Below, in pieces: positions 24,501-37,065 of a DNA stretch of 64,000 bases (positions within the stretch are counted from its first letter, which is position 1; each line of letters begins with the position of its first letter). Below the pieces are notes generated by a model. That model saw only the letters and a program-made list of their open reading frames with translations. It ran no database searches and had not been told where the DNA came from. Source of the DNA: Lingula anatina (lineage: Eukaryota; Animalia; Brachiopoda); contig CM120640.1 of the NCBI GenBank assembly GCA_051362555.1, positions 14,074,001 through 14,138,000 on the forward strand. Direction: 5' to 3'. A program made the translations under genes and the position numbers.

Positions 24501-27267
24501 TCATGTGTGCAAAGGCTGAAAAAGATACCAAAAAAAGACAAACTATTTTAATTAATTTCCAGAATGTATGCGATTGAACAATTAGAGATTATATATAACA
24601 TACAAAACACAAAAACTAACTTAATTTAAATCTCTTTTCTTTTCACAGTAAAAAGGCCATGGGAAAGGGCAGATAATGATTAACATAATTTGCCTCCTCT
24701 CCTGACATAACGAATTTGCTGGTTACAACAGAAAAGAAATCCTGGCTGATAAGCAATTATCATTTACCTTGAAAACAGCCAAGCACTGTTTTGCTGACCC
24801 CACTGGCACACTCTGCAGCAACTTGGGCACATTTTGTGTAGTTTTTCTGTGACAGATGGTTCCAAGCCAAATACAATCCAACAGTCTTCTTCAGATTATT
24901 AGGCTTGCTGAGTGTCATTTCACCACAGTCAAATGGTAAGATAAAAGGGAGATCCTAATGAAGATCAAAAGAAAGTTAAAGTGACAATGTGTTTAAAACA
25001 CCTGTGCTAAAGATTCCAAGTGGTTGAAATCAACTTAAAGGAAACTAAAAGGATGTATTCTATAAAATCCTGTATAAGATATCCACATAAAAACGAACTA
25101 GTATCCTCACAGAGTGTCACCCTAGTACATTTTCAAACATTACATCAAATTTTAAGCAACTCAAAAATGAATTAAAAACTAATCACACATACTTTGATAT
25201 TGAGTGCTGTGTAATCTAACTCATAGTAGAGATGATTAAGTATTCTTTGTGCACTCTCAAAACTGCCCTGGTACACCAAAGTCAACCCTAGTAAGCTACA
25301 GCAACAGGCAACTGCATGGAGGAGACCAGGACTCTCTGGAATAAGGAGTGGGATCTCCATGATGTACATGTATATTATAGTGTACCACTTCACATTTCAG
25401 AGAGGCAAAGATTTTGAATGTAAAAAAAATGATGTATTCTTAGAACATCACCTGTTGTACTGTAGGTGCAAAGCTTTCCAATTGTCTTCACCATTTTAAT
25501 AAGCAATGAAAAGGCTATGGCCCAGCAAAGATTTATATTAATTGATCCAAGTATGGGGCAGTGAAGAACTAACTGCCTGATAACCTGCAATCGATATGCA
25601 TACTTAAACTGTGAATGCAAGTCCTATTTCTTCATAAAGATTTCTAATTCATCAAAGAAACCAACCTTGTGCTTTTCTTGATTCCAGGCAATATGTTGCC
25701 ATGTCTACCATCTCTTTTTCCACCTTCATTAACACTGGTCTTCCCTTTGTCTTCTTCTTCATTGCATTCATAGCTACAAAGACACAGAATTAGTATTATA
25801 ATGAGATAAATATTTAACGTTGATAATTAGAAAAAAGGATAACAGACTTGAGCAAAGGTTTACTTATAATAATATTACAATAACAGAATTCCCTTTTTTC
25901 ACCTCTAACACCTGTTAAGATTTATATGCTTACATCAATCTGCAAGAAAATGAAATATCCCTCCCCCAATAACAATAAAAAATAAAAATAAAAACTAAAT
26001 ATCAAAATGCAATGCATACCTCTTGTAATTGAAATCACAAGTTCTTCTTGGACCTTTGAAATTGCTGACATTACACCATCAGAGTGGACATATAGTTGCA
26101 GAGCACAATAATCATATGTCACTGCTAGCTCTATGCTAAGTGTTGCTAAGGTAGGAGTGGTGCCTAGGAAAAAGTACATTTTATTTTTATGAACAATGCC
26201 TGAGGTGATACTCATAACTCAAGCTCAACAAATAAATTTTTATAACACCAATGATACATCACATTTTTCTCTAAGATTAACCAATAATGTCGGCAACTTG
26301 TTCTTTATCAGTTCTACAGAAAATAAACTTATGTCTTCTGGCTTATAGCAATTTTTCTACAACACCTAGTACATGTATCGAAAGAAATTAAATTTTACCT
26401 CTTAGCTGAACCAATAATCCCAATATTTTGTTCATTACCAGTTCTAGGTGAAGTAAACTTTTGTCTTCTGGCTTAAAAAATTAAAAACATGTCCGTTTTC
26501 ATGCTGATTAATTTTGTTTCTCATTTTCATTTACCAGTACATGTACTGTCTTTGCTAGTTTATACCGAGTACATGTATATATAATATAAACATATATGAT
26601 GTGTACATATTGAAGTGTATGTGAGTGTTTAAGTGTGTCAAGCTCAACTTTCAGGTTTTCTGTATCAGTGTGATTTGTCTCAATGTTTCTACATACAACA
26701 CATCTATTGGTATCTACCAGAACTACTAGTAGTATCTTCTCACAGATTTTAGATCAATCTATCTCCCTGGGAAGTCTCACTAAATTGCTATCAACCTAAC
26801 TGGCTTAAATGTCTGTCACGCCTACAGTAGTTAAGCTGTAAGGGGGTAATTATCGTTACCCCCTAGCTGATACCGTAGGCTATACAGACATTTAACTCAG
26901 TTACATTGAAAGCAATTTATTGAGACTCCCCAGGGAGTTATATTGATCCTGATGGATCGATCTAGGCATGGGAACCCAGTCATAAAGTTTACAAATTTTA
27001 ACAATGTGCATGTATTGTTATGCATGTATTCACTCAAAAAATTAAAGTTCAAAGAAGAGTCTGTTAACAAGTAACAACAAGTAAACTAACCATATTATTG
27101 ACAGTATTAACAAATCGGCAAAGTAATATGTTACAATCGTTGATCCATTTTTCTCTTTGATCGAAGCAAGTGCCCGCGGCCTGCTCCAAAGTTTCAGCAC
27201 ATTCAGCTAACTTTCCTCCTTCAAAAAGTTCCATACAGCGCCTCGCATAATCCCCCTGGTATGACAT
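18551..27267 (-). CDS. FANCG: Fanconi anemia group G-like TPR protein, about 15-16 coding exons
   Basis: Frame-consistent exons: 27091-27267, 26399-26471, 26020-26163, 25666-25773, (~25452-25514/25570, uncertain), 25193-25335, 24768-24954, 24385-24515, 23873-24019, 23459-23622, 22121-22196, 21322-21755, 20392-20486, 19743-19901, 18899-19055, 18551-18644. LLVQLRGTTPTLATLSIELAVTYDY resembles human [25 protein letters not shown], and AERYLDLIALL resembles AEHYLDLLALL. Several TPR-like helices are present. Confidence 0.75.
19146..19491 (+). mobile_element. MITE family B copy 1 (TTAA TSD, Kolobok-like), in a FANCG intron
   Basis: TTAA|AGGGATAATAACTCTTCGT ... ACGAAGAGTTATTATCCCT|TTAA, with the internal palindrome TGTTAAAATCTCTTAAGAGATTTTAACA. 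Confidence 0.9.
20830..21171 (+). mobile_element. MITE family B copy 2 (diverged subfamily), in a FANCG intron
   Basis: Colinear with copy 1 (CCCATACTTACCAATGG, CATTCAAAGTTAGTCCCTG, CTCTTAAGAGAT). Ends ATACGAACAGCTGTTATCCCTT. Confidence 0.85.
22753..23305. mobile_element. MITE family C, 553 bp, 17-bp TIR, 3-bp ATA TSD (Harbinger-like)
   Basis: ATA|TACCCCGTTCACACTAC ... GTAGTGTGAACGGGGTA|ATA, with internal GCGTTCACACT repeats at ~22830 and ~23225. Confidence 0.85.
26745..26981. mobile_element. MITE family A copy (left end degraded), in FANCG intron 1
   Basis: Ends GATCGATCTAGGCATGGGAACCCAGTC and is palindromic around GGGGGTAATTATCGTTACCCCC. Nearly colinear with 63224-63475. Confidence 0.8.
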
Positions 27268-28747
27268 ATTATGACTGGATAGTCAAAATACTTCAAGTTT
27301 TCCCCTTGCAACAATCATAATGTGTCCAAGGTTAGCCTGGAATCGTATTTAGCGCGGAAGTTTAATGTGAGACCGCTTACGATATTCTCCGGTAACATCC
27401 GGTTATCCACTGCACCCCCTCCCCCTTCTGTTTCCGTTGACGTTTTCCGTTCATTTTTTTCACGTTGAATTTGTTTGCTCGGAAATGTTAATTTAAGTTT
27501 AATATCTTAAACTGTAAAAGGCAAAAATTGTTGGCATTCTGTATGCCTGGATTTTTTTTATTTATTAAAAATCAAACACTTTTCCATCACAATAGGTCCA
27601 TAAAAATAAAACTTCAAATAAATGAAAAATACATTATAAAAACTTTATTTTCATAACTAACAGACTAGTAAGGGTATACATTTGTATATTTTCAAGATCA
27701 TTTCCACACTACATTTGCACAAATTTAACTTTTTTTTGTACTAAGGTGAAAAAAAATTGTGTTAGACTCTACAGTACCTTTTAACTGTGAACACTTTTTT
27801 CAATAACAACTGCAGAACCAGAAACCAGAAAGTTACATGGATACATGAACTAGTATGTTATATACATGCAGGTGTATACATGTATTACATGCAGAGGCGT
27901 AACCAGACCTTTTAAAATTGTATGCACAGATTTTCACATTCCTAGGTACAGCTAAATGTAAACTTACACAACAGATGAAAGGCAGCCTAATCTGCATGTT
28001 CTCAGGCATCATATCAAGAGGTTCTTCACTATCCGACAAGTATGCATTGGCTGGCATACATGTCCACAGAAAGTTTTTACTATTTTACTATCAAAATAAA
28101 CACACTGTATAGAAAAGCTGGTCCCCATCAGGTCCAAAACTTGGCTATATGAAGAGATAAATTTTTTAAGAACTGCATACATACAGCTCATGTTTGTTTA
28201 CTTGCACATCAAATTACTGGAAAAAACAGTTACAATCATATACTAGTAAGCACCACTTTTGAGATTAAAGCATACAAAGGAAATCTCCAATATATTAAGC
28301 TTCCTGAGAGATTGATGCAACACACAAGTGAAGATAGTACCTGTATAATAAACAATTAATACAAAAGTAGAGATGTTTCTGTTTGCATTAAAATAAAGAT
28401 TTGATCAACATTCAAAATTTTGCAAAAAAAAAAAAAAAATTAAACACTAATTATTCTGTTTACTTGCTAATCTATTTTAAATTTCTTGTGCATTTTTTCT
28501 TCTATTGATTTATTACACAATAAATGAAAAATATTTTGTTTAGAAATATTATTACTATCAATTTCATCTCTGACCTTTAAATAAACGTTTATTGAAAAGG
28601 AAAAAAAAATCATTATTCTGGCCCACTACAGCAAAAAATACATTTGAACACTTACAGAGATTAAGGAACCACATCTTAAAAACTGACCAAATTTTTATTT
28701 TGTTATAGATTATCACAGTTTTCTGTCTGTATGAATGAGTTCACTTT

Positions 28748-31700
28748 TCAGAAGTTCTCCTTGTTGTACACAAAGTGAGTCCCATTAGGGTTCGGGCTGG
28801 AATACCGGTTGGACATTTTGTGCAGTGTAGCAGATAGTGCCTTGGGTCCACAAAAGAAGACTCCTATTCTTGTACTAAAAAGAAGATGGATAGCATCAGC
28901 ACAACATGAACCATACAGTGTTTGAGATTCAATAGCAACATCTAACTTTAGACAAACTCACTATATAGGTTGACTGATATTTAATGTGAAACCTAAATGA
29001 GATTTTACTTTAACTAATTGACTCAAATGATAGATAAGAATACTATTTATATAAACTACATGGCATGACCAGAATGCTAACCAGTAACACAAGATGGTGA
29101 AATTTTGTAGGGTTGCTGAAGTGCAAAATGTTTTTTCTAAATGCTTTCTTTACATTTTGAAAAATACACAACATCTAAACATCTGTGCATCTCTTTCACA
29201 CTAAACATTTTGCTGTATGTGTGAAAAAAATCCTGCATGGTGAGACAAGCTGTCAAAGTCACCCAAGGTTAAAAAAAATTAATCTACAGTACATTATTAT
29301 AACGATTTCCTTAAAAATAATTGCAATTTGAATAAATAATAAAATCACTTACTCGACATGTTGCTCTGCTATATCCTGGAAAATATGGTCCCAGTTGGGG
29401 CGGCCATAGTTGGTTTTCTTTTGCAATCCTGTCACAGCATCTGTTGCTTCCTCATCCTGTAACATAATATTCTTGGCCTGGAAATGTAAAATTTGCACAC
29501 ATCAAGCCCACATTTGCAGATATATATATATATTTTGCATTAGCTGAATTACCTATTTTTTTCTAAATCAACAACAAAGTCACACAAGTTGATGAAGCAT
29601 TCTTCAAATTTAATGCCATTATTCTAGCATGACTTAATATACTTTCATTTAAGGTTGACATAAGTTGAAAATCAATACTAAAAATATACTTCGCTACTTT
29701 CTGCAAGTACTATACTATCTATTTCGAGATAATACATAAATGCTTCCATGTTTTTAAAAATCAATTTAGGGACAACATCACAAAAGAACAATTCACATGT
29801 TCTAGTACCTGATCAGAGTCCCAGCCTCTAGTCAAATAGATATTATAGTCCAAGAAATCTGCTTTTCCTTGTTCTGCCATCTGTACCTCCAAGGAACTGA
29901 GCAGATCAGTGAACCACTCAAAAGCATTGGTGTCAGGACAGATCCAGTAGAAGTAGACCTTTGTCAGCTTGGTTTCAAAGTTGCTGTTATTGCATTTATG
30001 CCTGGAATAATCAGGACATAACCAAGATATATAAGATGATATCAATTATGCTGAACAAATTGCATACATTTTAGATATTGATATTTGTTGTATCATTAAT
30101 CTCAGTTGGTTTTCAGTGAAGGCAGCCTGCCTAGGATAATCATTTCCTGGATGTACAGAGAAATAAAAATATCTGCCAATAAATATCAAGATATATAATC
30201 CACACTTTCGTCTTCATCCATCCTTAATTACTTTGATCTGTCATACTACAGTGTATGGTTACTTGACCGCCAAGAACTTACCAGATGTGTTTGAGCACCG
30301 AGGCAAAGGGAGTGACCCCTATTCCTGTCCCTACAAATACATCCACTTGGTAACGGAACACATCCTGGAATCCAAACAAAAAGCTTTTGAAATAGTAATT
30401 TCTTTCAATTAAATTCAATTCAATTTTCATCAAAACTTTTTGAAAGCCTTACGTGTTTAACATGTTTAACCTTACGTTTTCACCCACCTCAGTTGCTGTG
30501 CCAAATGGACCATCGACAGCAATGCTGAAAAGGCAATAGAGTCTTTGGATGAAAACATATTTGAAGAATCAAAATTACAGCAATTAACTCTCACTGCCTG
30601 CAGTGAAAAAATTCTAACCACCTGCTTTATTTCTGTTTCCCACTTAAAGGTACCATAAATCAAACAAGTTACTCTTTAAACATGTTCCGGCTCAAAATTT
30701 TTTCATGCAGTCACCTGGGTAGTTTAGAGCTTCCTTTCTGGTCTCCTCTGCTGTCAGCATGGCAAGCCCCAGCCAAGGCATTGGTCCAGTCTCCCACCAG
30801 CCGGATGTGCAAGGAAAAATAGTCATCCTCTGGGGCCTGAAGGTATCCAAATAAACATTATGGAGGACAACATTTTCAACCCATGTGCAGTTTGACTTTT
30901 AAGTAAAAAATCCAGTTATTTTTAAAGAAATGTTTCAACATTCATAAGAGAAAACTTCAGAAACATCACCAGGCTGTATGCAATTATGTTTTTAAAGATG
31001 CTTTTAAATTATATGTTATAGGTATACAGGGCAAAAGATAATATATACAGACTCTGAGAAGCAACTATGAAGTGAGTGAGGCAAACACTATCATCATCTT
31101 TAAAAGCACATTATAGCTGCAACAAAATAAATGGTTCAACTGCTTAAAACAAAAGTTAGTATAATATATGATAATCACTGGATTTGAAAAGATGCAAACA
31201 CCTTCAACAAATCATGCTTAATGAGTGATAAAAGAACACTTGTACTCACTGAAGTAAGTGTAAAAGGATGCCATTCTAACTTAGAAATACTGGGGCAGTG
31301 AAGGAAGACATACTGCCCTGCTTCTGCTTGAAAGCCTGCTTTCTGCATTTGAAGCTCAATGACCCTGGATGGATGTTTGATTACCTAAAATTAATACAAG
31401 TAAAAAATTATAATTTTACATTCACTGAATTTTTTCATCCTCATTAATTTTCATAGCTTGTCATTCTGCAGGGACAAATACTGAGCAAAGGGCAATCATT
31501 GGCGCCTTTTTTTTACATGTTTCGTAATCATAATAAGTTTTTAATTCAGTGTTTTCTGTTTTTTGAGCACTTGTTGTAATTAACAATGCAGGTCATCTTA
31601 TCATGAGTATAAAGACAGTCAGGATGTATTTCTCATTATAAGTACCATATTTTGTCAGTGGCCTTGCACAATGTACTGTAAAAGTATATTGTATGCAACA

Positions 31701-34700
31701 GGCAATGGGCCCAAATAATAGCATAGGGTATATGCTAATCATGATGGGACAAAGGTATAGCACTTAATTTTCCATGACATTAACTCAGAAGGATATATCA
31801 GCACCACCAAATATCTGTTAAATCATTTGGTTATTAGCTTTAAAACTTACCTTTGTAATAGTTACTTTTTGTTGACTTCGGAAAAATCTGATGCATCTTT
31901 CAATGAAATAAAAAATCATGGGTGCCAGCACCCATTTCCAGGTCTGAAAAAAATTGGCAGCATAAGTAATTTATCAAATAACTACAGGTATATTTGCAGC
32001 TTACACATAAAAAAGGCCCCAAGAGTTACATTAACTGAATATTTTACATAGCCATCCAGCAACTTGACCAACAAGTTAGCCCCACACATTACCCCTGTAG
32101 GTACACTAGGGTGATGCAGTGCCCACAGGGTCAGCATTAACCCTGAACTTACCCCTGCTGTTCCATTTTGGAACCTAGGCACTGGACATTTTCCTTCTTT
32201 CCCCCAGTCCAGTGGTTCCTGTGAGCACTTCTCAGGGTTATGTTCTGACACATTTTCTTGGAATGTTACAACACCTCTATAAATACATGAAATAAATAAA
32301 GTTCAGATCTTGCTTGATACATGGTGGACATACTCCAAATATCTTTTGAAACTTAAAATTAAATGCTACTCATGTGCACATGCATTGCACAATCAAATTA
32401 GAAATCTGCCATTACCAGCCCACATGAAGATAATGAATGACTGACTTCATGCCAAGGCATATCTAATACTAGAATGATCCATCTCATATAAATGACATTA
32501 TAATATCAATAATTAAAGACAGTTTCATAACAGCTACTTACTGTATCCCATGCACCACCAAGGCAATGTAGAAAACAATGAACAAATGATGAGTGAACCA
32601 GAAGGCCTCAAAATAGTGAAGTCTAACATGAAACAAAAAATTATAACAAAAAGGTTTGGTACCTAAATATTTTAAAATATTTGTTAGTAGACAAGCAAAC
32701 TGCCCAAAGAAAAGATACTGGCTGGATTATATGTGGATATCATAACATTTAAACACCATAACACTAAAAAACAAGCTCTTAATTCTGTATTCAATTTCAC
32801 AATTACCTGATGAAGTCAGTAGATGAAGAAACCATAACTATCAAGGCTAGAGAGATGACAATCCCTGTTACTCCTGCTATCAGTTTTAAAGCTTCAAGTA
32901 CAGGACTCTAAAATAAAATGTTAATCCAAATTAAACAAAATTACAATGCATCAAATTAAAGGTACATACGAACCGAGCAACGGTGGAGTGTGGATTCCCA
33001 GTAACACATCTAAACCACTTCTACTAGATTCTTATATGACTCAAATAAATTCGACATGCCAAGGGATAAACTGAATAGATCACTCAATCAGCCATAAAAG
33101 ACCTTTAGACTGCTCCTTTCTTTAAATATTTGGTTGTAAATTTAACCTACTTTCGTGACCTACTTTCCTGCCCCATTGACATACAGCTTAAAATGCCAGC
33201 AGAAAAATCCGTTCAAACATCATTTTCGGGTAAAATTAAACAATGCCTTTTGGTAATTCTCTTAGTTATACTACTTGAAACTATATACTGGCATTTAGTT
33301 GGTTTTTGTGACAAAAAATTGACTTTGTATGCATCTTTAAAACAACTGCCCTGTGTGAAATTCAAAACTTCTTTTCAAGGTCAGTTTTAATATCTGAAGA
33401 TCTATTATTTGTATGTCTTCCATTACAAAATAAATAAATATGACATTATTTAAACTTTTTTGTAATTTTACTGTATGTTGTATCATTAATCTATCACAAG
33501 CCTTCGGCTACTGGCAAACAATTTCAAGGGGAGGGGGCTTTTTCTGCAAAAGTGCACCCTTTTACCCTTTAGTTGACCCAATGTGTCATCATGGATCAAA
33601 TTTTGATTCAGATCGAATCTCTTTTAGCCAAATGGATGGTTCCTTTCCCCACCTAAAGACCTGTGCTATTTAACACCCTGTTCCCATACCTAGTTCTAAC
33701 TACCAGGATTGACCCATCTCTGAGGGTTTTTTTTTGCTAAATTGCTTTCAACATAAGCGGCTCTGATGTCTGGCACGCCTACTGCAGTTGTTAGGGAGTA
33801 AATAACTATCGTTTAGCAGCTTCAATAGGCGTGCCAGACATCTAAGCCACCTAAGCTGAAAGCAATTTAGCAAGGAACCCCTCAGAGATGATGGGTTGAT
33901 TCTGTAGATTGATCTAGGTATGGGAATGGGGCCTAAGTACCTACAGCATTTGGTAACCTGACAGGGTTAATAGCTGCAGTGCCATTTCCCCCAGCTATTG
34001 AACTGAGAGCTGTCAACAGTGCTGCCTCATCTTTGTTTATTGTAGGGCTTTGTGCATCTACAAAGAACTCCACATTGAAGCAGTGTGCTCCTGCATGGAT
34101 GGCTAGAAAAAACAAAAAAATGAAACATTTCTTATAACTACCATTTACAAATAATTAGTTACAAAGAAAAACACCAACATCACACATTTTCAACTAGCAC
34201 ATATAGTTTGTGCAACATTTCATTTTTAACACAAAAATACAATTACATTTGTATATCTATATTATTACATGTATTTCGTTCAATACTTTTTCTTCAGTTA
34301 TGTACACTAGCTGATTTTTCAGCCACATGCAATGTAAAGTTAGTAACATCGCACTAGTTAAAATAAATGAATATATAAAGCATCTATAACATCTACCTAC
34401 CTGTGTGCAAACATATCATGTAAGCTATGTATTTATGGAATGTTATGTTTTTGTCAAGTTGGCGGCGCATGTTTCGTTTACAGCACTGAAAGGAACCAAA
34501 GGTATTTTTATTTCTGCTTGTTTTCAAGGGGTTTAGTGAAAAAAAAACATCAAAGCCAAAGTGCAAGATATGGATGCTAGATTGCAACCCCCAATTGTTT
34601 GATTTCTTAATAGTTACAATGAAATGTGAGACAGATTCTTTATGTGATGGGCTGTGCCATCAAGTTAAGCCTTATACTGTACCTACCATCTCTCTCTCTC

Positions 34701-36070
34701 TCTCCCTCCATACAAAAATGTGAATACAAAACAACGTCTATCAATGTTGCTATAGATACTTACTGTACAAGACTTTCGTAAAAATGATATCAAATTCCTG
34801 CATACTGGTAGTAATATCAGCATACAATTAAAGTTCAAACAAGCTGCAGCACCTCTAGCAAAAGGAAGACCAAGCTATAAGGGAAATAAAATATAATTAT
34901 ATACATGTATAGTACACAAATACATTTTTCTCAAGTTGCTTATATTACAGGGGCATATCTCCTAGATAAAGAAACAGCAACTTGTATTATTTACAGGTCA
35001 ACAATTACAATATGATAATTCAGAAATGTCCCATTAACTGATAACCTGATTTACACATATGGTTTTGGTGCTCAAATCACAACTTAATTTAAATACCCAT
35101 GATCTATAATTGTCTGAAAATGACATTGAAAATACCTACCCCAACAATTTTTCTAATGTAGAAGAATTTCTCTCCATTGTAGTAGTAAAAGAAATATCCA
35201 ATAAATAAGCCAACATTTGTCAACAGCCAAATTATCTAAAATATGAAAGAATAAGGGAATAAATATGTTGTAGATAAAACTTTATCATAGCACTTTACAA
35301 AAAAGTAATGCATCTAGAAACAATATAATATTACACTGTGCAAAGACAGCTGTTTCATGTTTCATTACTCTGATGACTAAGTACTTCATTTTTTAAATAA
35401 TTTATTTGGGAATCTTCTGAAATAAATTATCAAAAGATCACTTGATGCTACATGATACATGTATGAGTCATTGGTCTCATGGTTGCTTACTGTTGTACAA
35501 TGTAAATGAAGGTCAACCTTTTATAAAACATTATTCAATTTATGTGTGTAAACTTTATTTTAATCAGCTGTTTTAATGTCCTGCCTACATTAATTTTTTA
35601 ATATTGACAATATTCAATACCAGGTGTTACAGTCAACTCGAGTTATATATTTTAAATCTATAAATGAAGTAAGATTCAGATGAATCATTTGGTCTTGAAA
35701 TCCGTTTATCAATACTGCTAGAGGCGGTATGCCCCCCCCCCCCCCCCCCCCTCCCTTTTACCTACTGTACACAGAATAATTTGCTCTAATCATTTTTATA
35801 TACTGGATCGAGTAACTAGCGCAAATAGCATAAAAATGATAATTATCCGGTCTACAAATAGCACAAATTAACAAGTACATACACGTAATGAACAATATTG
35901 CTTGCTACTAGTGCTAGCTAGTGTACGGCACCGGTAGTGGTACCTAGCTGTACTTGTGAGGTTGTGGCCTTCATCAACACAGATCAACAGAGACTGGAGA
36001 AAATCCGACAAACAAACAAACTTACCAAAACTACCCATTTGGGAGCTTCGTTCATCAGCCTGCTGGCCAT
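28748..36070 (-). CDS. NOX2: NADPH oxidase, Nox2/gp91phox (CYBB)-type without EF hands, 16 coding exons
   Basis: Exons 36026-36070, 35140-35235, 34764-34874, 34401-34485, 33945-34102, 32807-32907, 32542-32622, 32153-32276, 31851-31943, 31250-31384, 30715-30836, 30488-30524, 30282-30364, 29809-30001, 29353-29477, 28748-28874. Motifs: [23 protein letters not shown]; heme His in TFHK, AIHAGAH, THH and VVHG; HPFTLTS; VDGPFG; GIGVTPF; VFFCGP; C-terminal KENF. Orthology to Nox2 versus Nox1/3 is not resolvable by eye. Confidence 0.93.
33674..33933. mobile_element. MITE family A copy with TAA TSD, in NOX intron 5
   Basis: TAA|CACCCTGTTCCCATACCTAG ... CTAGGTATGGGAATGGGGCC|TAA. Colinear with 2308-2558. 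Confidence 0.85.
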
Positions 36071-36276
36071 GATGTACTAGGACGGACAGTGGTGGTCCAG
36101 GGTAAGCTATCGTTAGGCGAGTGTCATTTTCTCTCTGTTTGTACTTCTTCACTGCCGCTGATTACTGCCGCATAACGTAAGTGGGCTCGATGTCGTAAAG
36201 TCGATCATCTATTCAGACAGTCTATATGCTTGATACTTAATGATTAAGGGACATTGGCGTGTTTTCCTGAATAGTT

Positions 36277-36341
36277 CAGGGGCGGATTCAGAGATATTTC
36301 CGATAGTCTTCCAAATTATCTTTATTGGCTCATCCTCCACT
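36277..36341 (-). mobile_element. Family D terminal fragment upstream of NOX
   Basis: CAGGGGCGGATTCAGAGATATTT..AGTCTTCCAAATTATCTTT..CATCCTCCA is the reverse complement of the right end of 58597-58764. Confidence 0.7.
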
Positions 36342-36366
36342 GCCCCATGCATTCCCCACCCCCGCA

Positions 36367-36367
<1 letters not shown>

Positions 36368-36441
<74 letters not shown>
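36368..36441. repeat. (CT)n(CA)n microsatellite
   Basis: Direct reading. Confidence 0.95.
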
Positions 36442-36445
<4 letters not shown>

Positions 36446-36485
36446 TCCACTTTCTCAACACTACCTTTCTGGCGCAAAAAGACAT

Positions 36486-36640
36486 TAAACGAATAACAAC
36501 TGTTCATTTTGGTCAGAAATGGATATTTCTGGGGTAAACGACAATTTCCCCGTACTTGCCAATGGTTAAATGAATCGGTTCCGAAATTCACGGTTATCCC
36601 CCCCCTATTTTTAATAAAAAGTTTGGTTATTTGTTATAAA
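36486..36640 (+). mobile_element. MITE family B truncated, diverged copy
   Basis: TTAAACGAATAACAACTGTTCATTTTGG..CTGGGGTAAAC..GTACTTGCCAATGGTT matches the left half of family B. Confidence 0.65.
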
Positions 36641-36719
36641 ATAACAATACTTACAAAATTGTTGTTGATTATTTGAGTCAAGAAACGGCCATGGGGGTGG
36701 CATGAAAATGACCTTAAAA

Positions 36720-36720
<1 letters not shown>

Positions 36721-36763
<43 letters not shown>
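36721..36763. repeat. (ATT)n microsatellite
   Basis: Direct reading. Confidence 0.95.
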
Positions 36764-36766
<3 letters not shown>

Positions 36767-37065
36767 TCTTAGAATCTATGTAAAATTCTTTTTTTATTTA
36801 CAAAATTTAATCTGTGCCATATGCATGTAGGCCTTCACGTAGCCTAATACACTATGAAGCCTCATAAGTTATGTGACAGATAAAGATGTATCTGACTGCA
36901 CTCTTAAAGCGACGAACACATGCTTGAATTGAAAGAAAAGGAAAAATAGAGGGTGATGCATTCAGCCCTGTCCGATTTTGAGAACGACATTTATATGATT
37001 CATGTTTGCCTTATAGGCCTATCACCAAAAAGAGGCAGGCATATGGACATTTTTTGTAGTTGCAG

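Noticed and set aside
25666-25773. FANCG exon open in two reading frames
   Set aside because: A purine-rich 108-nt exon can be open in two frames by chance, and the neighbouring phases support only one.
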